The notes beneath the pieces are model-generated. The model had not been told where the DNA came from. It was given only the letters and a program-made list of their open reading frames with translations, and ran no database searches. Positions 51,780-64,000 of a DNA stretch of 64,000 nucleotides are shown in pieces. The DNA is from Camelus dromedarius (Eukaryota). Each line of letters begins with the position of its first letter. The first letter of the stretch is position 1. The stretch spans positions 14,324,001-14,388,000 of the forward strand of contig NC_087438.1 in the NCBI RefSeq assembly GCF_036321535.1, given 5' to 3'. A program made the position numbers and the translations under genes.

Positions 51780-53135
51780 CTGATCTGCTTCTCTGAAACT
51801 TCTCCTCTCAAGGGCATCACTGACCTTCTCTTGCCCCATCTCTTGGTCCCTTCTCTATTCTTGTTTTGGCCACTCTTCTTCTTATATTACTTCTTACAAT
51901 CTGTCCAATTATACCCACCGTCCTTTGTGCTCTCCTTCTTTCTTATCTAGGCCCAGTCCTAGGTCCTCCATCAACTCTCTTTCTAGATGATCTCATCTAG
52001 ACCCATAGCTTTAAATAGTATCTACAAAGTGATAACTCTGAACTTTCTCTGCATTCCTGACTTCTGTTTTCACTCCAGATCTTTCTATCTGATTGCTTAC
52101 CTAACATCTCCATTTGAATTTCTAACAGACCTCAACCTGCGCAGAACAGACATCTTGATCTACTCTTCTCTACTTACAGCAGTTCTGTGTTTCCTGAATC
52201 TGAGTTAATGGCATCAGGGTTCACTGTGTTGTTCAGAACTAAAACATAAGATGAGTTCTTAATTTCCCTCTTTCACTCACATACATTCCATTAACCATAT
52301 GCATATAAACCCAATAACCTACGTATCAATGAGGGTTCTCCAGAAAAACAGAACCAATAGGAGGAACAATAGAACCAAATAAGTTAGAGAGAGCCAATCT
52401 CTCTAACTTAGACTGAGAAAGAGACAGAGAGAAGGAGAGAGAGAGAGACAGAGAGAAGTGACTGTAGGTAACTGGCTCATGCAATTGTGAGGGTAGCAAG
52501 TTTGTTATCAACATGGCAGGCCAACAGTCTAGAAAGTCTAGTAGGAGTTCATGTCACAGTCTTGAGTCTGAAAGCATTCTGGAAGCAGAACTCCTTTTTC
52601 CTTTCCTCCTCTTCTTTCAGTCTTTTCTCTTAAGGCCTTCAACTGATTGGGTAAGTTTTGCCCACATTCTGGAGAGTAATCTGCTTTATTCAAAGTCTGC
52701 TGATTTAAATGTTAATCACATCTAAAATAACTTGCTTGTCTTCTGGCATTTCCTCACTCAGGCCAACCTTATTCTCATTTTAGGGCATTCAGTCCACTAA
52801 TCCATCCTCCTGAAACAGTCCTCCCTCGGATCTTCATATGGCTGGCTCCTCTCCTCATCTTCATGTAGAATTTGCTTGCATTTTGACAAGGAAGAGCTTA
52901 TCCTGACTTCCTCCTTAAAATAATAGCCCCATCTTCCCAATTCAGCCACTGCATTTACTCATCTACCTGGGTTTTATTACATTGTGTCGTATTACATTAG
53001 TTATTTCTTTATTCACTTTTTTGTTTTTATGTACATCACTGGAAGATAAGTCCATGAAAAGACTCTTCTTCAAACCTACTCCTTTCTCTCTCTCTAGCAT
53101 TTTAGTGTTTGAAATATCATAAGTTCTTAGTGACT
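51780..53135 (+). mobile_element. LINE-2 fragment interrupted by an MLT2 LTR
   Basis: ctagatgatctcatctagacccatagctttaaatagtatcta...; catatggctggctcctctcctcatcttca...; L2 tail near 53100. Confidence 0.7.
52322..52730 (-). mobile_element. ERVL LTR, MLT2B-like (truncated)
   Basis: agggttctccagaaaaacagaaccaatagg...actggctcatgcaattgtg...cttaaggccttcaactgattgg...gatttaaatgttaatcacatcta. Confidence 0.88.
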
Positions 53136-55399
53136 GTTGCCTGTCACAGAAATGTATATTTTTATGACAGGCAAATAAAAATGGTTTTATTTACCACACT
53201 TAGTAAGGCTAAAACTTAAATGCTATATATAAAAAGTTTCAGTAAATGGCAGAAATAAAAAGGTAAGTAACTTAAACTTCAGTTAATTAAATATGTATTA
53301 ACTAGCAGTACAATATTTAATAATTTATTTCAAACAAGTTAAAATGCCCCTTTTGAAAACAGTATACTCAAGAGCAGTCATTTCTATAATTTTGAAATAG
53401 ACTCATTTCTCTTTCTGAGACATTATTTACTATTACTTAGGAATCTTTTACCACTGATCTTGAGTTCTTTGAAGAAAGACTGAAAAATAAAATGCACATT
53501 TTGATTTATTGATTCTCCTATGTATTTGTTTCTGAAAGCATTCAGAGAGTCTTGTAGAGTTTACTACTAAGACACTCATTTTGGGGTTCGTAACAAAGTT
53601 TGAAGTATCTTCAGTTTAAAAAAATACATAATTCTGGAAACTAATAAAGGGAAAATTCCTCTGTATCATTTTCAATTTTTGGAGACAAATGATTACATTA
53701 TATTTACAGATTCTTATTATTTGGGTTTAATTTGCATAAGTTGTATATTTCATAATGTTGATTCAAAGGAATAATATTTAGAGATTTGGTATAATAAAGA
53801 TTGCTTCTTTTCTACTTGGGATTTCAACATAAGTATACAAACAAATATAAGCAATGTTTACACCAAGGCATTGCAACACTTATTAAGCAGAAAAAAGTTG
53901 ATTGCATTTTATACCCTCTGGCTCAGCCAGAATTATCATTAGATTGCACTGTTTAAGATAAATTTAAATTGATTCATTAAAAAAGAGAAAACATGGAATG
54001 AGAATTAAAAAATTGTAGGCCCTTTAATCTCTGTAAGTTGTTTTCTTCTCAATCTGTATCACAAGAGATTAAAGCTGGAAATATTCCAGCTATAACAGCA
54101 ATATATACATTTATTTTACATTTAAAATTTTAATAAACTTTAACAATATGTAAATTTAAAAAACATGTATTTGAAAGTGTTTGTTTTTTGTTGTTTTTAT
54201 TCTCATCTCCCTTTCCTTTATACAGACTTTTTCCTGTGTTTAGTCCTAGAGTAGAAAGTATTTGATTGTCATTTACCCTTAGGAGTTTCTGTCTCCATTT
54301 GGAAGAAAGTCCAGAAGGATTTTCCAATAAATTGATATAACATTAAATGAATAATAAAATGAAGAATCTGCATTTATTTTTGCTGTTGTTACTGGAACAA
54401 ATAGGCAAAACAAATAGGAGGCAAAAGCTCCTACTTTTCAAAGTGAATCTCTTAACCACCTATATAGGATTTACAAAGGAAGTTTATGGCTCCTAGACCA
54501 ACATACAGCTTTAGGAATTAAAATAATTCAGGCTAAAGCAGCCACATAGTCAGAGTATATTTGAGTGGTGTATATATACATATATATATATATATATACA
54601 TATGGGGGTGAAGAGTGGTGAATGCGTGGGCGTGTGCATACCCTTAAGTATTTTTTAATACTTTTTTTTTTGCTTTGTCCTTTCTACTTTCTCAGTCTTA
54701 AACAAATTTGATTGGGTCTAAATTTTATTAAAAATAACATCCTTATTGTACAAAAAGAAGTAAAAATATTTTGATTTTCAAATTATAAACAATTCACTTT
54801 AAAACATGTGATGACTTACAGTTGCTGGGACAAGCTGCACCCCCTGGGTAAAAAGCTGGGATTGAGTCCTTGTATTTAGCAGGTTGCATATGCTCAGATC
54901 ATACAAACTGAAGTCATAAATACCATGTCTTCCATCCACTAAACTTGAAGAAATTGAGTTCTGAATTTACCTATTGCTCTATCTCCATTTTGGTCAGTAA
55001 ACACAAAAAGTATAAGGCTAGCACTCAGGCAAAGTAGCCTTGACAGAAGCTAATTACTTCAGTGATAATATACGTTCTTTTTCTAACCTGGTCCTCCTCT
55101 TCTGTCTTTAAACCCAAACCATTCTGCTTTGTCATCTGGATTCAATTCTTTATTAAAATCAACCAGCCAGCCAACCAATCTAATAAACAAACAAGTAAAC
55201 ACACAACTGAACTCTGTGTATCACTTGCTAAAGTTAGCAGTGATAGCAAAACTAACTCTGGATCTTATAATGGCTCTTACACAATTCATGTATATTTGTT
55301 GCCCGTATGACAGTATTGTGTAAACAAATCGGTCCATTTCCTGCAGTAATTCAAGAACCCAGTCTGAGAAACACTGTTAGGCTCAGTCTAGGGATTTCA

Positions 55400-55595
55400 A
55401 GGTCTTTCTAGGTGGCATCTCCACTCCAGCCAGATGGCCAGAATGTGAAAATAGCACGGAGAAGTAAGCACAGCAGGTGTTATGGGCTGGGCCTGGAAGG
55501 AGAAACATGACTTTCATTCACATTCCATATGCTAGAACTTTGTCTCAATGCAATCTTTTATTGCAAAGATATCAAGTAAATCTAGTCGCTGTTTG
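55400..55595 (-). mobile_element. Old MaLR LTR fragment (MLT1J/K-like)
   Basis: ggcctggaagg...catgactttcattcacattccatatgctagaact...ttgcaaag...gtaaatctagtc. Confidence 0.5.
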
Positions 55596-56479
55596 GGGAG
55601 TTAATTCTCTTCAATAAATTTACACTGGGAGATACTGGTAGATGACCACATGCTCAGAGGGGTCCCTTTATTTCTTTGCTTCAACTGAATTCTGACTTAT
55701 CTCTGAAGACACTGTTTCTCTTTGAGACCCTCTTTAAAGTCTCACAACTTCTGTACTACAGAATCAAGAGGTAAGTCTTTATCCTCATCATTCAGTGTTG
55801 CCTTAAGACAATTACCATTCTACAGTTCTGTTAATACATATAAAGCAATAAATGAACAAAGAATAAAGTGAAAGCAACGAAGCAAAAATTGAGGGAAAAA
55901 ATAGTAAGTGAAAAACCAGCCATGGTTTTTGGAGAATCTCACACTTGACTTTATTATTTTTCCTGTCCACTTTTTTCCCATATGCTCATTTTCTAGAAAC
56001 TTTGCTTCTTGCTTTCAGTTTTGCTCCCTACAAAAAATTGTTGATATTGTCATGGTGGCACCAACCAACACCATGAGATGGATTTTTTTCACTATTTCAG
56101 TTTAAGTAATCTTATACTTCACTTCATCAAATTGTTAATGGAGTAGAAATAGCTATCCTACAAAACCACTAATCAATTATTTCACATTTTGCTCACATTC
56201 TGGTGTTTTTCCAGCCTGTTTGTCTAAATCCTCTTGCCATTTATTGTTGGCAAATAATAATAACAGTGATAATCTTATGCATAAATTTTCTTTCCTAGTA
56301 TTTTATTGTTTCTCATCATTTTGTGGTTTACTCAATATATCCAAACTCTAAATCTATAATAATCCACTTAGTCCCTTTCTCTATTTAAAGCTGCCATAAA
56401 ATAATCAAGGAACAGGACAGATTAGTGTTACTATAAATTTACTAATTTCAACTCTGTTCCAAATAAAGTCTGAAGATCC

Positions 56480-57077
56480 CAGGCATTGTCCTAACAATTT
56501 CAGCACTTTTCCAATCTCCTCAATATCCATATCCTTCCTATAACTATTCTCTCACTTTAAGCAAACCCTCTCACCTCCCACTTAACAGAGAAAATAGAAA
56601 ACGCCAGTTGGGGATGCTCTTTTATTTTAATTTGCTGTTTTTAAACAAAATACACATCTTAATTTTTATTCATTCTCTCTTAGCTTCTTCCAGCTTCAAT
56701 AAAGAAAATGTAATTTCCCCACGTTCCAATTCTATAAAGACCCTTACACAACCAGTTATTCCCTTCTTAGGCCTTCAAAGGATCATATGCTACATAATAC
56801 TGTTCATCAAAATCTGAACATGATTAAACTCTTCTCAGTGTAAGTACAATGAGCATGACAACAAAAACAACCAAGAATTGTCACCTTATCTGTCTATATC
56901 TAGCAATAATATCATGTCTGTTCACCTTCAGGGACAAAATTTTAAAAATATATCTCCACTGAAATTTCTCAAAATGCCCTCATCTCCTGCTCACTCATGA
57001 ATCCTTCCCAAGGTGGTTACTGCCCTCATCAATATGTGAATAAGCTCTGGATGGAGGAATCTGTATTGCCCATGTTA
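56480..57077 (+). mobile_element. LINE-2 fragment (continues after the L1 at about 58676-58810)
   Basis: ctcacctcccacttaacagagaaaatagaaa; the sequence resumes after the TSD with ttacttgatctttcacctgcatttgaaac...ccttttctgaaacactcc. Confidence 0.6.
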
Positions 57078-57092
57078 AAAAAAGCCAATGGA

Positions 57093-58660
57093 AAATACCC
57101 TGGGTAATTTGATGGAGATCCCCGTAAGTCTCTAGATTGCTTGGGGTACTATGGCCATTTTAACAATATTAATTCTTCCAATCCAAGAGCATGGAATCTC
57201 TTTCCATTTCTTTAAATAATCTTTAATTTCCTTAGTCAATTTTCTGTAATTATCTGCATATAAGTCTTTCACCTCCTTGGTCAGGTTTATTCTTCAGTAT
57301 TTTATTTTTTTGGATGAATTTTATAAGGGATTGTTTCTTTATTTTTCTTTTCTGATATTTTGCTGTTAGTGTAAAGAAATGCAACTAACTTCTGTATATT
57401 AATCTTGTATCCTGCTACCTTGTCAAATTGTTTTATAAGCTCTAGTAGTTTTTGTGTAGAGCCTTTAGGGTTTTCTGTATATAGTATAATGTCATCTGCC
57501 TACCAGATAATAGAAATAAAAACAAAAATAAACAAATGGGACTTGATTAAACTGATAAGCTTTTGCACAGCAAAGGAAACCATAAACAAAACAAAATGAC
57601 AGCCTACAAATTGGGAGAAAATATTTGCAAATTACGAGATTGACAAGGGCTTAATTTCCAGAATATATAAACAGCTCATACAACTTAATAACAAAAAAAC
57701 AAACAACCCAATCCAAAAATGGGCAGAAGACCTAAGTCTAAGAAGACCAGTGAAGGCATACAAATGGCCAATAGGCACATGAAAAAAATGCTCAAAAATG
57801 CTCTCTAATTATTAGTGAAATGCAAATCAAAACTACAATGAGGTATCACCTCATTCCAGTCAGAATGGCCATCATTCAAAAGTCCACAAATAATAAATGC
57901 TGGGGAGGCTGTGGAGAAAAAGGGAACCCTCCTACACTGTTGGTGGGAATGTAGTTTGGTGCAGCCATAATGGAAAACAGTATGGAGATTCCTCAAAAAA
58001 CTAAAAACAGACTTATCATATGTTCCAGCAATCCCATTCCTGGGCATATATTCAGAGCGAACTCTAATTTGAAAAGATACATACACCCCAGTGTTCCTAG
58101 CAGCCCTATTTACAATAGCCAAGACATGGAAGCAACCTAAATGTCCATCGACAGATGACTGGATAAAGAAGCTATGGTATATTTATACAATGGGATACTA
58201 CTCAGCCATAAAAAATAAAATAATGCCATTTGCAGCAACATGGATGGACCTGGAGAATGTCATTCTAAGTGAAGTAAGCCAGAAAGAGCAAGAAAAATAC
58301 CATATGATATCACTCATATGTGGAATCTAAAAAAGGAAAAACAGAAAAAGACAATGAACTTACTAACAAAATAAAAACTGACTTACACAGAAAACAAACT
58401 TATGGTTACCAGGGGCAAAAGGGGGTGCAAAGGGATAAATTGGGAGCGTGAGATTTGCAGATACTATTATATATAAAATAGACAAACAACAAGTTTCTTC
58501 TGTATAGAACAGGGAACTTATTCAATATCTTGTAGTAACCTATAATGAAAAAGAATATGAAAAGGAATGTGTGTATGTGTATGTATGACTGAAACATGAT
58601 GCTGTACACCAGAAACTGATAAAACATTGTAAACTAACTATACTTCATTTAAAAAAGGGG
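57093..58660 (+). mobile_element. 5'-inverted (twin-primed) LINE-1 with ORF2 remnants
   Basis: The minus-strand part 57093-~57501 translates to [37 protein letters not shown] (L1 RT). The plus-strand part ~57502-58660 includes the ORF2 C-terminus ([20 protein letters not shown]..., 58091-58330), 3' UTR and A tail. 15-bp TSD aaaaaagcca(a/g)tgga at 57078-57092 and 58661-58675. Confidence 0.95.
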
Positions 58661-59324
58661 AAAAAAGCCAGTGGATTTGTATATCTTATGTTACTTGATC
58701 TTTCACCTGCATTTGAAACTGAAGTTCTCCTTTTCTGAAACACTCCCTATACTCAGCTTATTTGCCACTATTACTCTATTAGTTTTATGGTTTTCTCTTC
58801 ACGTGACCATCTCAGAAGAGAGATATCAGATGGGGATGCACATCCTATTATGTGACAGGTGGTATCAGTGATACTGCATCAGTTGTTAGTCACATCTATT
58901 CCAAGCAAAATAATCTCTAGAAATGAGAATGAAAAACAGAGCAAAAGTTGCCTAAAAGTTTAGTTTCCATCTCAGTCTGCACAGAATCCTACAAGCTAGC
59001 CTTCATTTCCGTTTTTGAGTACTGAGTGAGAAGGAAACATTTTTGATGGATAGACATGAATGAACTGGGGAAATTGGCAGGATTATCTTTTCTATTTCAA
59101 GAAGTCTATTCTGCAAACCTTGACCATGGTAGTATAGTCTAAGCCATCCACATTTTCTTAGCAATTTCTTTGTCATCTGAAAAACTTTGTCGTTATTGTA
59201 AAAATTGAGGAATGGAGAAAGGAAGAAGAGAAGACCACTAGGAAAAAGAAAATTAAGATTAAAAGGAGATAAGTTAAATTCCTAAATTGATTTCATGTTC
59301 ATCCCTGCTGTCTTTATTACAGTT

Positions 59325-59525
59325 CAGAGTTGCCCACCCATGGTGATTTAAAAGATGTGAGTATGTCATTACATGGGAAGCTGGCAATGAAAGGAAGATG
59401 ACAGTACCCTACCTTGGAGTTTTTAATTCAGTGGATTTGGAACAAGGTCTAAGAATATATATGTCTAACCAATTCTGTGGTGATTTTCATGACAATGGTT
59501 TGGGGACTTTAGTTTGAGAAGAACA
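59325..59525. mobile_element. MER5-like hAT MITE (degenerate)
   Basis: taattcagtggatttggaacaaggtctaagaatatatatgtctaaccaattctgtggtgattttcatg...tttgagaa. Confidence 0.55.
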
Positions 59526-59789
59526 AAGTAAAAGAAATTATAAATTTAACCCACAGAAGAAAATGATTAGAACATTATACCAACACAATTACTGGAAACT
59601 CTGTGTTCTGGGAAAAAGAATAGCCTAACAGTGTATCTTCAGGAAAAAAGAGCAAATCTTAGCAAGGTAAAAGTTCATTTTGGATTATCATAAGAATAAG
59701 ATTTCTAAGATCAGAGATATAAACAACTCTGGAGCTTTTTTTTTTTTCAATTAGAGATACCTTTTAACTTTTAACAAATTGGGATGGAC

Positions 59790-60025
59790 ATGAAGAAACA
59801 TAAAGAGGTGATTGCAGTCAAGGAAGTGTTTCCACTTGGAGAGAGGGGATGGGTTCTTACTGTGATTGGGCACATAGAACAAGTTTTGGAGCTGTCATAG
59901 TTTTATTTCTTGGTTTCTAGGTGGTAGCTACTAGGGTAACCACCTTTGTTTTTTCCTTATAATAATTCTGTATGTTTTATATTTGTCTACATGGTTGTAT
60001 GCATACTAACAATATTTACATAAAA
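59790..60025 (+). mobile_element. Old LINE-1 3' UTR fragment (L1MC/ME-like)
   Basis: gtgattgggcacatag...ttttatttcttgg...ggtggtagctac...tgtatgttttatat. Confidence 0.5.
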
Positions 60026-62019
60026 TTGAATGATTGACCATTGGTAAGAGCTGCAGTGGAGAGACCCATGATGAAGCTCCAAGGAAACAGCCGCCTCAAA
60101 TCGTGAAATCCTAACAATAAAAATGCATGCTTTTGCAGCTCAGCTGCTTTTTCTAAGTAATATACTTTGAAACAGTCCTATTGACTAAAAACAGGAGTCC
60201 TCCCTAAACTGTAAGTTGGCTATGCTTTTAGTTTTGGTGAGGATGTGATTTCATATATTTTATTTTCTTACACTTTGGTTTTGGTTTTCTGATGACCTCA
60301 TCCCATCCTGTCTTCAAAGTCAAAAGGTCCTAGTCAAAAGAATTGAGAAAGTTTCTTCATACTTTCAATAATTTACATACATATGAATGGATATTTAATA
60401 CTTAAAGTCATTAACATCTGTAAACCAACAAAGGAAATGGTCTCCAGAGAATCATCACTGGAAATATAGGGTATCCCATGAGTTGAAAATCAGTGGTTAG
60501 AAATTTTTTTATAAGTGGGCAATTCACAAGGTTACTAACAGCCATTGACTCTAGAAGACATATTCAAACTAGTAATGAAATTATATTTACTCTTCGAAAA
60601 TTATTCAAGAAATGAATAACTGAGTGTATGGAACCAAAAACTAAATTAGAGGTTCGAATCAAACAAACCTTAATGCTAAGGACCTTTTGAGTTAAGTGAG
60701 AAAAATTATATTAGTTCAAGAACAAATTAAGACACCATAAACAGATAAATTCCTTTAAGACATTCTATTCTCAATATGGGCATTCCTTAGACTCATTATC
60801 TTTATTATACTGCACATTTGTTTACAGAGTCTAATATCAGAAATAAAGTAAATTGCATTGAGTTCTAGATCACATTCCTTGTAGTTTTAAAGATTAAATT
60901 TCTCTCTTATGACTGCACAGTATTACATTTTCAGCTGGTTAATCCTTACAATCTATTGCCCAATCTCAATTCCCAGAAAAAATAAAAAGCTTGTTAAAAG
61001 AAGATAAGATATCTCCTCACTGAGGGCTAATTCTGAGTCTTTCTCTTAAAAAAAAAAAATCTGACTCTACGGAAATTCTCAAGTAAATTAAATTAAATGT
61101 AAACATGCACTTAATAAATACAAGATGCTTCTGAAAAGATTAGTACTGGATTGAGATCACCATGATGCCCCAGTTAACTCGACTGGAGAATGATATTTGT
61201 GAGACCAAAATCATACACAGTTCTAGCTCCCCAAGGGCTAATTAATTTTGTTTAGAGAAAAGTGAAAGATTTGTATAAAAAGTGATTTTTAAGCATTTTG
61301 GGGTTACAGATGTCAAAATATGATCTAACAAATATTGTTGTCCTTCCTTTGCCTAGAAAATCATCTTACACTAAAAGTATACACAGTTTCATATAATCTA
61401 TAGAACTCTGGGGTCCACCCATAGGCTACCTGCTGTTTAAAGTTCAGAGTAAAATACCCTGAAAAAAAATCCACTGAATAGAGAAAAAAGACAAAAAGCA
61501 AAATTGAACATTTATCCCATTATTCTATTAAGTTCAGAGTAGTTTTATTTTCATGTATAGAAAAGGGCATATTAACTCATATCACTTATTTTAAAAATAT
61601 CACAAAGGTTACTGAAGAGTTACAACACTTCTTGGAGATCAATTGAAAAGGTACCAAGGTGGTGATTTATTCATTTTGATGTATTTAATTCAACAGCTTC
61701 CCTTAGGCTTTAACATATGAACAGATTTTAATAAGAAGGCATTCTTTTGAAGTTAGATAGTAGGAAATCAAAACACTGCTATGAATTCTCCATGTATCTT
61801 CACAAAGAACAGCATCCTGACCTATCTGTTGCTTCTCTCATGAGCATATTTAATATAAAAATTAGGAGCATTATCACTAACCTGTTTGCGGTTCTTTCTC
61901 TGTTATTCCAACATCAACCTGCCTGTGGTCATCTCACAAAAAAATTCTGACAATCATCTATTCATTAGGAGTGCTTTTTATTTCATAATTAATACTTAAT
62001 TTTCCTAATTAGTAGTTAG

Positions 62020-62618
62020 GTATGGTAGAATAGCACCCAAAGTCTCTTTCAATTTCCAAATGTGCTCTCCTGGACTGCAAGGGCTAGATATCCAGAATCT
62101 GCATTGTCACACTTTCTTGAATCTAGCATTTAGAAGATCTCCTTGCAACTCAGTTTCTTGGTACATTTTGACCATCAGAACAATTTACATGAAACCTGAA
62201 TTCAGAACTTAGTTAAGGAGAGAAAGAGGGTTCTAGACCTCCAGATGACTAGTAAGAATCTTAGAGGTGCAGCATAGTTCTGGAGCTAACAGAAGTTAAC
62301 AAGAAGTCTGGGTCTTCCCAAATCCAGATTATACACAGCCAAGTGAGAGTAATCTTAGAGCCAGCAGCCATGACGGCGATTATCAATCAGTGCTTTCTAA
62401 CTCTCTGGTATCTAAATGGTTCAAAAGTTAACAGTTCTCTGGCAGAATAATTCTAGGTGCTGTCCAGAGTGTTCATACAGTCCAGCCTAAAGTCTGTGTT
62501 CTTCAGCCTTTCCAAAATTTGTATAAGCACCAAAGACCCTGTGTTAGCTTTATATCCACTAAATTTACCAGTTTACTTTCTATTATGTGCATTAAACATT
62601 GATTGTTAACATGACACA
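62020..62618 (+). mobile_element. Old ERVL LTR (LTR33/41-like)
   Basis: Degenerate LTR with ttcttcagcctttccaaaatttgtataagcacc...ttctattatgtgca...tgacaca at the 3' end. Confidence 0.5.
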
Positions 62619-62651
62619 GAAATAAAAAAAAAAAACAAACCCAGTGACAGT

Positions 62652-63059
62652 GTAATGTAAAATGTTGTCTGCTAGGGCTGCCATAACAGAATAACACAGA
62701 CTGGATCACTTAAATAATATAATTTTATTTTCTCATAGTTCTGGAGACAGATGATCAAGAAGTCTGCAGGATTGGTTTCTGGTGAGATATCTCTTCCTGG
62801 CTTGCCAAATACCACCTGCTCTCTGTGTCTTAACATAAACCTTCCTTTCTGCACGTGCAAAGAGGGGTTTTTGGTATCTCTTCCTCTTCTTAAAAGAACA
62901 CCAATCCTTTCAGATAGGGCCCCACCCTTATAACTTTATTTAATCTTATTTACCACCCTAAAAGCCCTATCTTCAAATATAGTCTCTGAGGAGGTTAGGA
63001 CATTTAACGTGAATTTTGTGTGTGTGTTGGGGGTGGGTGGCACAATTCAGTTCATAACA
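62652..63059 (-). mobile_element. MaLR LTR, MLT1A0-like
   Basis: ctagggctgccataacagaataacacagactgg...ttctcatagttctggag...gggccccacccttataac...cacaattcagttcataaca. Confidence 0.88.
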
Positions 63060-63689
63060 GCTTGTTTCCATATTATATGTTATATGATGCTTTAACCACA
63101 CGCACATACACACATCCCTACCCCTTTTCAACGTGAAATGCACAAGAGCAGAGACTGTGACCACCATTTCACCCTCTCTTCCCTCTTCCAGTAACAGTAG
63201 TACATTTAGTAGTACATTTACCATGAATGAAAACTATTATCATAAGTATTTTTGATCTTAGAGAGAGTCTATTTTCTCTCTATGGTTGAATGCTCTATTC
63301 ATCATGCCTAGAAGAATGACTGGTATTTAATAAATGCTCATAAATATTTGTTTTATTAATCAATGGATATTGATTGCCAAATCCTTATCTTCCTATGAAA
63401 ATTATTTTTCCTCTATGTCCTCCAAGAGCCTCCTTGCCTTTTCCATTTTAATAGTCTGCCAACATGTTAGTACCAACAGGTGACTTTTATCATAGTCACC
63501 TGTGGGATAAATACCAAGATTTAACATTCTTTCTTCTTATTCAAGAATCTGATTGTCTACCCAGAAACTATACCTCATCACATTCCTCCTTTCCAACTGC
63601 TTTTAGAAATAAAACAAAAAATTTAGTATCATTTAATCCACCTGAAAATTTTGTTGACTTGACTTTGAAAATACATTTGTAACTGATCA

Positions 63690-64000
63690 CATCTAACTTC
63701 TTTATTTTCACCACCCTGTCTAAGCTCCTATACCTTTCTCTTTGATTAATCCAACAAACTCTAAGAAACGTCTCCCTGATTTAACTCTTTTCATGTTCTA
63801 AGTATGTCCTCAAGAATGATCCTGTTAAAATTAAGCCAAATATTTCACACATTTCTAAAAATGCTACATTAGTTAGCCTTCTCACTCATGCTGAATGCCA
63901 TAGTCCCTATTGTGTTTTCCAAAGCCTTCCAGAATGTGGCCCCATTAGTTCTCTGACTTCAGCCTGTTTCACTGGTCTTTACCCCGGCTCACTGCACCCA
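63690..64000 (+). mobile_element. LINE-2 fragment
   Basis: caccaccctgtctaagc...agaatgatcctgttaaaattaagccaaat...aaagccttccagaatgtggcccc. Confidence 0.6.

Noticed and set aside
43800..52730. Two MLT2 fragments that look complementary (possible rearrangement)
   Set aside because: They are about 9 kb apart, in the wrong order, with no shared TSD. Independent truncated copies are more parsimonious.
57805..58122. 105-aa minus-strand ORF
   Set aside because: Antisense reading of L1 ORF2.
60068..60295. ATGATGA as a possible C box of a C/D snoRNA
   Set aside because: No CTGA D box at a suitable distance and no terminal stem.
63196..63220. 12-bp tandem duplication agtagtacattt (similar short ones at 8925 and 29189)
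   Set aside because: Ordinary slippage duplications.
67..63682. Short ORFs in the six-frame track as host genes
   Set aside because: All are 143 aa or shorter, many have non-ATG starts, are low-complexity or lie inside TEs, and form no coherent exon chain. Only 58091-58330 is recognisable, and it is L1 ORF2.
1..64000. CRISPR arrays, tRNA/rRNA genes, operon-like or otherwise novel systems
   Set aside because: No regularly spaced repeat-spacer structure, no RNA-gene signatures and no gene-dense region. The sequence is typical mammalian non-coding DNA.

Overview
AT-rich, CpG-depleted mammalian genomic DNA, either intergenic or a large intron. I can support no host protein-coding exon, RNA gene or CpG-island promoter. 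The youngest LINE-1 3' ends look like camelid L1s, and I saw no ruminant, pig, carnivore or primate SINEs, so the source is probably a camelid (inference from remembered consensus sequences). Much of the window is transposon debris: old L2/MIR, L1M-type fragments, young TSD-flanked L1 ends (two of them 5'-inverted, i.e. twin-primed), MaLR/ERVL LTRs including a near-complete MLT1 provirus, six ERV1-type solo LTRs within about 17 kb, and Tigger-type MITEs. The only recognisable protein sequence is L1 ORF2 remnant at 57.1-58.3 kb; the other ORF-track entries look spurious. I found no evidence of a new biological system. The most notable structures are a three-layer nested insertion, the twin-primed L1s, a poly(A)-only insertion with a 12-bp duplication, a MER41-like LTR with a STAT-like site, and several near-perfect palindromes. 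Family names come from recall and need RepeatMasker/Dfam confirmation.
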